Virus record (IMG/VR): IMGVR_UViG_3300023179_007799
Strand: one strand, 5' to 3'
Length of the DNA stretch: 64,000 bases
Source of the DNA: an uncultured virus (IMG/VR IMGVR_UViG_3300023179_007799)
Lineage: Duplodnaviria; Heunggongvirae; Uroviricota; Caudoviricetes
Translations under genes and position numbers: made by a program
The notes under the pieces: generated by a model
Told to the model about the DNA's origin: nothing
The model's input: only the letters and a program-made list of their open reading frames with translations
The model's database searches: none
In this document: positions 10,291 through 18,951 of the stretch, piece by piece
How the letters are laid out: the number at the start of each line of letters is the position of its first letter
Position numbering within the stretch: the stretch's first letter is position 1

Positions 10291-10315
10291 TCTCGCTTAA
10301 TACAAGGAGAAAAGT
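10291..10315 (+). promoter_or_regulatory. ROSE-like SD-sequestering hairpin
   Basis: TCTCGCTTAATACAAGGAGA: UCUC-(G bulge)-CUU pairs with AAGGAGA. Confidence 0.6.
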
Positions 10316-10540
10316 ATGTCATTTAAGTTCGATTCATTCGTTCAACCAGTAGTAAACACCGCTAAGAGTATGACCGATACCCTAGTCAAGGATGAGACTG
10401 CTCGCAAGTCCATCAACTCATTGATTGATGCTCAGTTTGAATATACCAAGGCTGTGATGACTTATTCAGCAGCACTTGCTGGGTCAGTCTATGATAACGT
10501 CAAGAATTTTGACCCTGTCAAGATGTTCGCCGCCAAGTAA
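10316..10540 (+). CDS. small helical hypothetical protein (possibly phasin-like)
   Basis: Strong SD and own terminator; amphipathic Ala/Lys/Thr-rich sequence; phasin likeness is a guess. Confidence 0.6.
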   Translation: MSFKFDSFVQPVVNTAKSMTDTLVKDETARKSINSLIDAQFEYTKAVMTYSAALAGSVYDNVKNFDPVKMFAAK

Positions 10541-10561
10541 TAATACTTCAGGTGAATAGAC

Positions 10562-10587
10562 AAAACCCCACAAATTGTGGGGTTTTT
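10562..10587 (+). terminator. intrinsic terminator
   Basis: AAAACCCCACA-AAT-TGTGGGGTTTTT. Confidence 0.85.
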
Positions 10588-10640
10588 GTTGACTAGCACA
10601 TCTGCTAATGTTATGTTATATGACAACACAAGGAGTTAGT

Positions 10641-10850
10641 ATGAACCCCAAAATTTTTAGTAGTGATATCAACGTTCAAAAATGTGTCAAGCAGGTTGGT
10701 GGCAATCAATTTAATTTGGTTCTGGTGGCTGCTGCTCGAGCCAGAGAGATTGCCAAGACCAGATATATTGCCCAAAAAAATAATTTGGAGTTAAAGTTCC
10801 CCACCAAAACCATAACTCAAGCCCTTCACAACATTGAAAATCCCGAATAA
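10641..10850 (+). CDS. rpoZ: RNA polymerase omega subunit-like protein
   Basis: C...VGGNQFNLVLVAAARAREI...K.ITQAL..IE resembles the RpoZ N.F.LVLVAA.RARQL and K....AL.EI motifs; AAGGAG upstream. Confidence 0.75.
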   Translation: MNPKIFSSDINVQKCVKQVGGNQFNLVLVAAARAREIAKTRYIAQKNNLELKFPTKTITQALHNIENPE

Positions 10851-10857
10851 ATACTAA

Positions 10858-11982
10858 ATGTCAGACGTTTTTTGTAGTGCGCCCTGGACAAGTATATTTA
10901 TTGACACTAATGGATCAGTGACTCCATGTTGTGCGTCGTCAATGCCTTGGGGGAATATCAGAAAACAACCATTGAATGAAATTATCAATGGAAAAATTCA
11001 TCTTGAGGTCAAAGAATCTCTGATGAATGGGCAGTCACACCAGCATTGCCGTCGTTGTTACGAACTTGAAAAAACTTGCACCAGTAGTACCAGATTTTGG
11101 TTCAATGAATTTGTTCCTGTCCAAGCACCAGTATTAGAAGATTACAAATTACAAATGATTGACATTCGTTGGTCCAATCATTGTAATTTACGGTGTCTTT
11201 ACTGCAACCCCAATTCCAGTAGTAGTATTGCTGAATTTAAAAAAATCAAAGAAAAACAATCCATAAGACAGTGGCAGCAAGAGATACTGGCCCTTATCAA
11301 AGAAAATATTTTAACTATTCGTGAAGTTTATCTGCTGGGTGGCGAGCCGCTACTAATTAAAGAAAATTTAGAACTTCTTGAATATATTAACAATCAACAC
11401 ATAACCCTAATTACCAATCTGTCACTGGACAATAGTAAAAATCAAATTTATAAAAAGCTGTTATCAAAGCCCAATGTCAACTGGGAGATAAGTCTAGAAC
11501 AGGTGGGCAAGAAGTTTGAGTATGTCAGAAATAATGCATCTTGGACTCAGGTAATTTCTAATGTCACCGAATTGAAAAATCTCGGTAAGAACGTTTCATT
11601 TCAGATACTGTATTGCATTTACAGTTCATTAGATTTTCATAGCATTCTTCAGGAATTGAAGAAACACAGTACCGTGGTGATTAATTTTCTTATTGAACCT
11701 GATTGTTTAGATGTCAGATATCATTGTATGGATATAAAACAAATTGCAATCTCAGAGATTGATAAAACTTTAGCAGATGCTGATCTACTTTTGTGGCTAG
11801 GAGATTCAAATATCAATAATTTGACTAACTTCCGACTGAATCTGTTGGAAAACCATGAAAAAGATCTATCTAGCAATTTTCTATTCTACGAAAAAAATAA
11901 CCCAGGACCACTGACTTTTCAAGAATTGTGGCCCAAAGAATGGCAATTAATCCAAAATAACACACAACTAAATAAAAAATGA
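10858..11982 (+). CDS. radical SAM protein with N-terminal SPASM/twitch-like domain
   Basis: CNLRCLYC and GGEP motifs; N-terminal C..PW...G.V.PCC...C..C. Confidence 0.88.
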   Translation: MSDVFCSAPWTSIFIDTNGSVTPCCASSMPWGNIRKQPLNEIINGKIHLEVKESLMNGQSHQHCRRCYELEKTCTSSTRFWFNEFVPVQAPVLEDYKLQMIDIRWSNHCNLRCLYCNPNSSSSIAEFKKIKEKQSIRQWQQEILALIKENILTIREVYLLGGEPLLIKENLELLEYINNQHITLITNLSLDNSKNQIYKKLLSKPNVNWEISLEQVGKKFEYVRNNASWTQVISNVTELKNLGKNVSFQILYCIYSSLDFHSILQELKKHSTVVINFLIEPDCLDVRYHCMDIKQIAISEIDKTLADADLLLWLGDSNINNLTNFRLNLLENHEKDLSSNFLFYEKNNPGPLTFQELWPKEWQLIQNNTQLNKK

Positions 11983-12749
11983 AAAGAATACTGTTTTTTT
12001 TAATATTTTTTATTTTTAGTTCTACAGCCAATGCCACCGCAATCACTGCTAGATCATTTTTGGTAACCGACACTGCAGGATCAGTATTGGTGGAAAAGAA
12101 TGCCGACAAGCCTCAGCCCATTGCCAGTATTACCAAATTGATGACAGTGATCGTGGTACTAAATTCTCGTCAGAGCCTGGAAGAATCAGTGCCGCTGAAC
12201 TTTAAACTGAGCCGCCAATACCACACGCGGCTTCCACGTAGTCTCAAGATGTTGTCACGACGTGAATTGATTCAGCTGGCTATAGTCAAGAGTGACAATT
12301 TTGCTGCGTATACTCTGTGTGACAACTATCCCGGTGGCGTGGAATTCTGTGTAGCTGCGATGAATCAGGAAGCACACAGACTAGGCATGTCAAGTACCCA
12401 ATTCCGAGACCCCACTGGGTTGGATGCAGGAAACGTCAGCAATGCTCGTGATTTGTCCAAACTGGTGTTGGCAGCCAATTATTATGATGAAATTGTCAAT
12501 GCCAGTGGAAAAAGCAAAGTAAGCATACCCACACGCAAAAGCCATACAGATTTTCCCAACACCAATCCCATAGTCAGAACAGGCAACGAAAATGTTTTAG
12601 TTAGTAAAACTGGGTTCATTGGTGCCAGTGGTGGCTGCATCGTCATGCTGATTGATACTGTGCAAGGGCCCAGGGTCGTGGTGGTATTGGGCAGCAGAAA
12701 TACCCGTACCAGAATCCCCGAAGCCCGGTCTATTATTGCCAGTCTTTAA
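11979..12749 (+). CDS. D-alanyl-D-alanine peptidase, S11 family (PBP7/PbpG-like)
   Basis: Signal peptide; SxxK (SITK), SxN (SDN) and KTG motifs. Confidence 0.9.
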   Translation: MKRILFFLIFFIFSSTANATAITARSFLVTDTAGSVLVEKNADKPQPIASITKLMTVIVVLNSRQSLEESVPLNFKLSRQYHTRLPRSLKMLSRRELIQLAIVKSDNFAAYTLCDNYPGGVEFCVAAMNQEAHRLGMSSTQFRDPTGLDAGNVSNARDLSKLVLAANYYDEIVNASGKSKVSIPTRKSHTDFPNTNPIVRTGNENVLVSKTGFIGASGGCIVMLIDTVQGPRVVVVLGSRNTRTRIPEARSIIASL

Positions 12750-12752
12750 AGT

Positions 12753-13019
12753 CTATTGGTTTTCCCAATCACTGCGCTCTTGATTGATCTGTTTGCGGCG
12801 CAACTGAATCACCACATTCAATTTCTGTTGCAGGCGAATTAGGTCATTGTCCAGGCAACGCACACGGTCAATCAGCGCAATCAGCATGGTGCTGGCCTCG
12901 CTGATTACAGGTTTAACTTCTGTAGTTGCCCAATGCCAGACATAATAGACCATGTAACTGATTCCCACAGCAGCCACCACTGGGAATCCAAATTTGTTAA
13001 TCAGTGCTGCTAGTTCCAT
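12753..13019 (-). CDS. small membrane protein (paralog of the next gene)
   Basis: LI.K.GFPVVAA + TM + LIDRV...DNDLIR. Confidence 0.65.
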   Translation of the reverse strand: MELAALINKFGFPVVAAVGISYMVYYVWHWATTEVKPVISEASTMLIALIDRVRCLDNDLIRLQQKLNVVIQLRRKQINQERSDWENQ

Positions 13020-13023
13020 GATA

Positions 13024-13305
13024 TCAATCCTTTCGGGCGTCTTCCTTGCCATCAGCACGTGAAATACGCTCGATGTCAGGTTCCACACCTAGAATATTAC
13101 TGAGTCTGATGTCAATTCTGATGACATCGTGCACCATGACTTTGACACGATTGTCCAGAGTCACAATTATTGCGGTCAGATTTTTGATAGACGATAACAC
13201 GCCGGCCAAGATAAACTTGAGTGTCAGAAAAACAAAGTACCCGCCAGCCAGGGCAGCGGCGATGGGAAACCCAACTTCAGATATGAGGCTAAATGCGTTT
13301 TCCAT
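13024..13305 (-). CDS. small membrane protein
   Basis: LISEVGFPIAAA + TM + LDNRV....DVIR; GGAG SD and TAAATA upstream on the - strand. Confidence 0.7.
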   Translation of the reverse strand: MENAFSLISEVGFPIAAALAGGYFVFLTLKFILAGVLSSIKNLTAIIVTLDNRVKVMVHDVIRIDIRLSNILGVEPDIERISRADGKEDARKD

Positions 13306-13346
13306 GATTGTCTCCAGAAACTCACTACTTTAGTATTTAATTTTGC

Positions 13347-13375
13347 TTGACAGGAAGTTTAACTAGCAGTATAAT
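13347..13375 (+). promoter_or_regulatory. consensus sigma70 (early) promoter
   Basis: TTGACA-17 nt-TATAAT, perfect match. Confidence 0.85.
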
Positions 13376-13409
13376 TGCCGCATAACGTAACAACACGGGA
13401 GCAAACGCC

Positions 13410-13760
13410 ATGTCCAAATTTTATCGCAATCGCATCAGCTTTGCCAGTATCCAGGAGCGTGGCCGACAACTGCAAGCACAAACTGCCCGACTTCTGGATG
13501 CCTGCGCGATTCCCACTGTGTCTTTGGTGGATTGTGAATATGACAAGCACCGCGGTGTGCTCAAAATGACCAGCGATGTGGTGGGCATGCCACCGTCACT
13601 GTTTGTTCAGAGCCATATTACAGGCCGGGTAGTTCGATTTACTGTGGTGGGCTCCGAGGATGTGCTGTTTGATCCAGATGGGTGGGATGGTGAGATGCAG
13701 ATTTATCGCCCCGTGGGCGGCCATGCCAATGTTGATCACCTTTGCATCTGTAATTCTTGA
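13410..13760 (+). CDS. hypothetical early protein
   Basis: GGAG SD; downstream of a consensus promoter. Confidence 0.7.
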   Translation: MSKFYRNRISFASIQERGRQLQAQTARLLDACAIPTVSLVDCEYDKHRGVLKMTSDVVGMPPSLFVQSHITGRVVRFTVVGSEDVLFDPDGWDGEMQIYRPVGGHANVDHLCICNS

Positions 13761-13770
13761 TAATTTTTGC

Positions 13771-13825
13771 TTGGCAATCTAGCCAAAAGGTCATATAATA
13801 GCGGTACAGTGAACAACAAGGAGCA
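13771..13825 (+). repeat. promoter+RBS cassette, copy 1
   Basis: TTGGCA-17-TATAAT; 13783-13825 matches 14135-14177 at 42/43 nt. Confidence 0.85.
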
Positions 13826-13831
13826 ACAACA

Positions 13832-13987
13832 ATGACCCACAATGAAATTATGAACGAATGGGCACGTCGACTTAATTACGTTGCACAACTGTTCCGCGAA
13901 GGCGAGATTGATTTGTGTGAGTTCGATGAACGCAACGCTGCGGTCCAAGGTTGGTTTGATACTGAGTATGCCAAGGTAGTTGGTTAA
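13832..13987 (+). CDS. 51-aa hypothetical early protein
   Basis: AAGGAG SD; MTHNEIMNEWARRLNY...; not in the ORF track. Confidence 0.7.
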   Translation: MTHNEIMNEWARRLNYVAQLFREGEIDLCEFDERNAAVQGWFDTEYAKVVG

Positions 13988-14006
13988 TTTTAACAAGGAG
14001 CGCAAG

Positions 14007-14126
14007 ATGATCAAAGACCTAGCAGATTTCATCGTTGTCGTCGGCGTTGTCTTTTTCTTGGCCATGGGTACCGTCGTGGCCATGACCAGTTTCGCAATGC
14101 TGCTGTTCCAAACCTTTTTTGGTTGA
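14007..14126 (+). CDS. 39-aa hydrophobic peptide
   Basis: AAGGAG SD; single TM; the stop overlaps the next -35 box. Confidence 0.6.
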   Translation: MIKDLADFIVVVGVVFFLAMGTVVAMTSFAMLLFQTFFG

Positions 14127-14177
14127 CAACTTGACCAAAAGGTCATATAGTAGCGGTACAGTGAACAACAAGGAGCA
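14123..14177 (+). repeat. promoter+RBS cassette, copy 2
   Basis: TTGACA-17-TATAGT; near-identical to copy 1. Confidence 0.85.
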
Positions 14178-14181
14178 TACA

Positions 14182-14451
14182 ATGACTGCACAAGAAATCG
14201 TTCGTGAAATCGTTGCTGGCAACTTCACCGCTGACGAAGTTCGTAGTTTTTACGATGCCTACAAGTTTGCTGCCAACAACCTTGCTCGCAAGAATGCATT
14301 CACTCTGCGTCGCGGCGCTCAGGTCAAGTTCACCAATAGCAAAGGTACCGCAGTGCAGGGCGTGGTGGCTGATGTCAAGGTCAAGAACGTCATTGTGGTG
14401 GTAGGCAACACTCGTTACCGTGTGCCGGGCAGCATGTTGACTGCTGTTTAA
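14182..14451 (+). CDS. hypothetical early protein (SH3/KOW-like C-terminus)
   Basis: AAGGAG SD; G.QVKF....G....GVV..V..KNV.V pattern. Confidence 0.7.
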   Translation: MTAQEIVREIVAGNFTADEVRSFYDAYKFAANNLARKNAFTLRRGAQVKFTNSKGTAVQGVVADVKVKNVIVVVGNTRYRVPGSMLTAV

Positions 14452-14458
14452 CAAGTAG

Positions 14459-14487
14459 TTGACAAACTGACGTATTGATCGTACAAT
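14459..14487 (+). promoter_or_regulatory. sigma70-like promoter
   Basis: TTGACA-17-TACAAT. Confidence 0.75.
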
Positions 14488-14519
14488 AGACACACATTAA
14501 CCGCACAGGAGTGCAGATC

Positions 14520-14783
14520 ATGGGATACACTGTTTACGATACCATCAGCTTTGTCAGCATCAAGTGGTACCGCAGTCGTAGTGGTGCGCAACGTGGTGCC
14601 ACCTGCATGAACCGCAATGCCAAGGCAGTCAGATATGCTGTCATGGAAGACGGTGAATATCAGGCCTTTGCCCAGCCGCTGACTCGCACTGTTAAGAATC
14701 TCATGACTGGTCAGGAACAGGAAATCGCCATCAATACTCCTCACTGTTGCGATCCCAGTAGTGAACGATACTGGAGCATGTAG
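14520..14783 (+). CDS. hypothetical protein
   Basis: AGGAG SD; C-terminal TP.CCDPSSERYWSM. Confidence 0.7.
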   Translation: MGYTVYDTISFVSIKWYRSRSGAQRGATCMNRNAKAVRYAVMEDGEYQAFAQPLTRTVKNLMTGQEQEIAINTPHCCDPSSERYWSM

Positions 14784-14834
14784 TAAAATGTTAACATTCC
14801 ATCAGATAAGTAATTTGATGGAGTGTTTATAATC

Positions 14835-15026
14835 ATGCTTGAAAAAACCCGACTAGACGGGCTGTTATTTGCCATACTGGGAGATCAGACTCTGGTAGAG
14901 CGTTGGTGGAATCGACCCAACCAGGCATTTGACGGTGCCATGCCAATTGATGTGTTTGTTCTACAGCCTGAGCGTGTCCGAGATCATATCTTTGATATTG
15001 CTAACCTGGGCATTGACTACCGTTAA
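14835..15026 (+). CDS. hypothetical protein (weak MbcA/ParS antitoxin C-terminal-like motif)
   Basis: ERWWNRPNQAFDGAMPIDV resembles W...PN.AL.G..P. Confidence 0.5.
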   Translation: MLEKTRLDGLLFAILGDQTLVERWWNRPNQAFDGAMPIDVFVLQPERVRDHIFDIANLGIDYR

Positions 15027-15039
15027 GTTTGACTAAATC

Positions 15040-16278
15040 TCAAGCAGTAAGAACTCGGTATATGTCATCGTAGGCTATGTCGCTATCGTCATAGCCTAGT
15101 TCTTTGAACAGTGTTTGGCAGTTGTCCAACAACTCACGTGTGATGATGTGTCGGAATTCTCCGTAGAAATGGTGGAAATTGTACTCAATTATGGGTTCCA
15201 ATTTTCCAGCAATGTCTAATTTTTCTGCATCTGTTAAATTACAATACCAATTCAACTGATCCACCACTGCATCTATACGCTGGTCGGGATCCTGTATGTC
15301 ATCGTAACTCTCATCGATGACACTGTCAAAAGTTTTGAATCCATAGCTTTTTAGATAAGCAAGATTTCCAGGTGCTGCCAACAACATGAATGGTTGTTTG
15401 CTGACTATGGGTTTGAATATTTTTTCAGTCAGATGCAATTTGTCGTAATAGAAGACTGTTTCTGTGACCACATGCCAAAAACTATCGTGTACTTGGTTGG
15501 GAATATCGGCACTGGCACTTCCTGGAATAACGTCACCGTCAATGTTTAATTGTTCATGATAGTTTTTTAAGTGTTGGTTGATATGATTTTTGGCGTGATT
15601 GGAAAGTTTTGATTTTGCTGCAGAAACTTCCTCATCCCAGCTTGGATCAGTAGTGCCAGCAACCCCAAAACTAATCAATCCCCTGGATATGAGATTTTTT
15701 TCTATTAATTTGGACACAAAATAAATTCTATAACTTCGATCTGTGTGAACGAGACGATTAAAACTTATAAAGTCTTTTTTGTAATGCTTCACTATTGATT
15801 TTTTGTAATTTAATGCGTAATAGCCCCGATACCAATCCAATGCGGCAAACCCGTGAAAAAAGTAATAGAGAGACAGAAAATATTTTTCGCACGGGGTGTT
15901 GATGACTTTATTTAAATCATTGGAATATTCGCTAGTGACTATGGTCTCTGGTTGAAACACAAATTTTGGATTTCTTATCCTAACTAGCAGTTGTTCAGGA
16001 GAAAAAAATGATTTATATTTTTTTATTATTTGTATGGGGGTGTGTCGATTTTGCCAATCAAAAATTCTTAAGTACTGATTAAATATTTCTGGAACCAATG
16101 GTTCTTGATCGTAAAACAATATTTTTAGTTCTTTTGGATTATTGAAATCAAAAAATATATCAAAATCGTCAAGGTCGATCTTACCGGTTCGCACGTATCC
16201 ATTTTTACAATTCCAAAATTCGAAATCACTAAATAAATTTTTATAAAGAAACTCGTAAATATGATCAATTTGGAGCAT
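15040..16278 (-). CDS. putative glycosyltransferase-like protein
   Basis: VVTET....LTEKIFKPI...PF motif reminiscent of a nucleotide-sugar-binding GT-B segment; lies next to UDP-glucose dehydrogenase; AT-rich. Confidence 0.5.
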   Translation of the reverse strand: MLQIDHIYEFLYKNLFSDFEFWNCKNGYVRTGKIDLDDFDIFFDFNNPKELKILFYDQEPLVPEIFNQYLRIFDWQNRHTPIQIIKKYKSFFSPEQLLVRIRNPKFVFQPETIVTSEYSNDLNKVINTPCEKYFLSLYYFFHGFAALDWYRGYYALNYKKSIVKHYKKDFISFNRLVHTDRSYRIYFVSKLIEKNLISRGLISFGVAGTTDPSWDEEVSAAKSKLSNHAKNHINQHLKNYHEQLNIDGDVIPGSASADIPNQVHDSFWHVVTETVFYYDKLHLTEKIFKPIVSKQPFMLLAAPGNLAYLKSYGFKTFDSVIDESYDDIQDPDQRIDAVVDQLNWYCNLTDAEKLDIAGKLEPIIEYNFHHFYGEFRHIITRELLDNCQTLFKELGYDDSDIAYDDIYRVLTA

Positions 16279-16279
16279 T

Positions 16280-17521
16280 ATGAATAATCAACTAACAGTG
16301 GGATTTATTGGGTTAGGCAAGTTGGGATTAGCGTGTGCAGAAGTCATGTCTCAGTATTATGAAGTATCTGGTTATGATATTTACCCCCGAGACAGCGACA
16401 AGATCAAAATTTTGGACAGTTTAGCAGACACTGTCAGTGGAAAAGACATTATTTTTATCGCAGTACAAACCCCGCATGATCCCATATATGATGGCAGTCA
16501 GCCCATCACGCATCTTCCTAATAAGGACTTTGATTACACTATTGTCAAACAAGTACTGACAGATATCAATCAATATGTCAATAAAAATCAACTGGTGGTA
16601 TTGATTAGTACAGTGCTGCCTGGTACCACACGCAGAGAATTGCGAGAGTGTATCACCAATGCAAGGTTCATTTATAATCCCTATCTGATAGCCATGGGCA
16701 GTGTGGAATGGGACATGGTCAATCCAGAAATGGTTATACTGGGAACTGAAGACGGTGATGTAACTACTGATGCGGCACTGATGCGAGATTTTTATGCCCC
16801 GCTGATGCAAAATAATCCCAGATACGCCGTTGGGACCTGGGATGAAGCAGAATGTATTAAGATTTTTTACAACACATTTATCAGTGCCAAGCTGAGTTTG
16901 GTCAATATGATACAAGATGTGGCAATAAAAAATGGCAACATCAATGTAGATGTGGTGACCACAGCATTGGCTAACGCCAATATCAGAATCACCAGTGGAA
17001 AATACATGACCGCTGGCATGGGTGATGCTGGCCCTTGCCATCCCAGGGATAACATTGCATTAAGACATTTATCTGAGCAATTGGATCTGGGCTATGATAT
17101 TTTCGATACTATCATGCTAGCCAGAGAACGACAAGCAGAAAATCTGGCAAAGTTTTTAATTAACCTGCAATCACAACACAATCTGCCTATTGTGTTACAC
17201 GGCAAAGCCTATAAGCCCAACGTCGATATTCTGGATGGTAGTTATAGTCTGTTAATTGGCCATTACCTAAGTGAGAATTCTGCAGATTTTTCATATGCCG
17301 ATCCATTGACCGGAGATCACGTAGAGGACGAAACTCGGGCTATTGTTTTGCTGGCGCATAATCAACAGATTACTTATGGATATACTGGACAGGATACTGA
17401 ACAAACTCTGTATTTTAGACTGGGTCAGAACAGTGTTGTTGTTGATCCCTGGCGTAAATTCCATTCCAATGATGAATCTATTTTAGTTATACATTATGGC
17501 AATACCAGACAACATCGTTAA
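16280..17521 (+). CDS. UDP-glucose/GDP-mannose dehydrogenase family protein
   Basis: GLGKLG, STVLPGT, AE..K..YN.F, G.CHPRD and G.AYKPN motifs. Confidence 0.9.
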   Translation: MNNQLTVGFIGLGKLGLACAEVMSQYYEVSGYDIYPRDSDKIKILDSLADTVSGKDIIFIAVQTPHDPIYDGSQPITHLPNKDFDYTIVKQVLTDINQYVNKNQLVVLISTVLPGTTRRELRECITNARFIYNPYLIAMGSVEWDMVNPEMVILGTEDGDVTTDAALMRDFYAPLMQNNPRYAVGTWDEAECIKIFYNTFISAKLSLVNMIQDVAIKNGNINVDVVTTALANANIRITSGKYMTAGMGDAGPCHPRDNIALRHLSEQLDLGYDIFDTIMLARERQAENLAKFLINLQSQHNLPIVLHGKAYKPNVDILDGSYSLLIGHYLSENSADFSYADPLTGDHVEDETRAIVLLAHNQQITYGYTGQDTEQTLYFRLGQNSVVVDPWRKFHSNDESILVIHYGNTRQHR

Positions 17522-18011
17522 TTTTGATTGTTTCTGGGATGACCAGTACAAACATTTAGACTATCGAACAGAAGGCTTTAATAATCCAGCAGATGTCAAA
17601 CTCTGGCTAGCACAAGGATACACTGATAAATTTACTGGGGCCATGTGTGACATGCGCCGACCACAACCCAGCTGGAATCAACAATTTGTTGATTACTTTG
17701 CTGCATTGGGCTGGCAAGATATTGGCACTAGTTACTACAGAATGGACACCGGTACTGTGCTACCTGTGCACAGAGATCGGTACAAAAAATATGTGGAGTT
17801 ATTCGATCTTCAGGGACGGGAGTACACCATACGTCGAGCCATTGTTTTTTTAGAAGACTGGGCCAGCGGGCATTATCTGGAACTCAAAGGCGTTCCCATC
17901 ACAGGATGGCGTCGGGGATTCACAGTGATATGGGCATATGATGAGCCCCATATGGCAGCAAATATTGGCATCACACTCAGATACACCTTACAAATAACAG
18001 GACATCTATGA
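17496..18011 (+). CDS. 2OG-Fe(II) oxygenase/cupin-like protein
   Basis: LPVHRD...PHMAAN.G...RYTLQITG (HxD...H...R). Confidence 0.65.
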   Translation: MAIPDNIVNFDCFWDDQYKHLDYRTEGFNNPADVKLWLAQGYTDKFTGAMCDMRRPQPSWNQQFVDYFAALGWQDIGTSYYRMDTGTVLPVHRDRYKKYVELFDLQGREYTIRRAIVFLEDWASGHYLELKGVPITGWRRGFTVIWAYDEPHMAANIGITLRYTLQITGHL

Positions 18012-18919
18012 TTTTAAGTTCCTACAATGAATGGGACACATTAAAAGAGGTTGTAGTAGGCACAGCAACCGGAGCCAATTGGCCCACAAATGACCCAGTG
18101 TTCAATCAAGAATCTGAAAAAACCACCTGGCGAGAAACCCCAGTACCAAGTGGACCAGTACCACAGTGGATCATTGATGAAACCAATGATGATCTAGAAA
18201 TTCTCTGCGATGTACTAAAAAGTTTTGGTGTCAGAGTACATCGACCCACAGACATAGACTTTGCTGCTACAGATGGTTTATATAACTACTGCCCACGCGA
18301 CAGATTAATCATCGCAGGCAGCACCGTAATCGACACTGCCATGATGTATCCCTGCAGAGATCAAGAAATTGTGGCTTTGGACTTTGTTGTACAATCGGCA
18401 GATCGAGTGCTGACTATGCCCAGAGATCAGGGTCTAATTTTAGATGCAGCAAATGTCTGCAGATTGGGCGATACTTGGTTATACCTGTTGAGTGATAGTG
18501 GCAATCAAGCTGCATTGGATTGGTTACAAGCAAATGTCGATGTAAAAATTGAACCCTGTAACTTCTACAGTGGGGTACATATTGACAGCACCATAGTGCC
18601 CGTGAGACCGGGTTTGGTGGTTTTAAATGCCAGCAGAGTTAATCAGTACAACTGTCCTCAAGTATTTGATACCTGGGAAAAGATTTGGGTTCATGATGTT
18701 GTGGCGCAAGACTTCTATCAGTATCCCTACGCCAGCAAATGGATTGGGTTAAACATGTTGAGTATTAATCCCGACACTGTGATTGTGGATGCTGCACAAA
18801 CTCAGCTAATCAGAACTTTAGAACAACACAAAATTAACACAGTACCAGTGACCTTGCGACATAGCCGTACCCTGGGCGGCGGCTTCCATTGTGTGACACT
18901 AGATCTAGTCAGAGCTTAG
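18008..18919 (+). CDS. amidinotransferase (glycine/inosamine-phosphate amidinotransferase family)
   Basis: SYNEWDTLKEVVVG, CPRD, DAAN, HIDST and LGGGFHCVTLD motifs. Confidence 0.9.
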   Translation: MILSSYNEWDTLKEVVVGTATGANWPTNDPVFNQESEKTTWRETPVPSGPVPQWIIDETNDDLEILCDVLKSFGVRVHRPTDIDFAATDGLYNYCPRDRLIIAGSTVIDTAMMYPCRDQEIVALDFVVQSADRVLTMPRDQGLILDAANVCRLGDTWLYLLSDSGNQAALDWLQANVDVKIEPCNFYSGVHIDSTIVPVRPGLVVLNASRVNQYNCPQVFDTWEKIWVHDVVAQDFYQYPYASKWIGLNMLSINPDTVIVDAAQTQLIRTLEQHKINTVPVTLRHSRTLGGGFHCVTLDLVRA

Positions 18920-18951
18920 ACTAAATATTTGTTACACAAAGGAAATAAGAT

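Noticed and set aside
10858..11982. Calling the radical SAM gene pqqE
   Set aside because: The domain order is reversed relative to PqqE, there is no pqqD/RRE or pqqBC, two terminators separate it from pqqA, and a similar paralog occurs at 26731
13783..14177. CRISPR array suggested by the 43-bp direct repeat
   Set aside because: Only two copies about 350 bp apart, each containing a -10 box and SD; no cas genes and no regular repeat-spacer array seen in the window
14835..15026. Toxin-antitoxin system
   Set aside because: Only a weak antitoxin-like motif and no adjacent RES-type toxin
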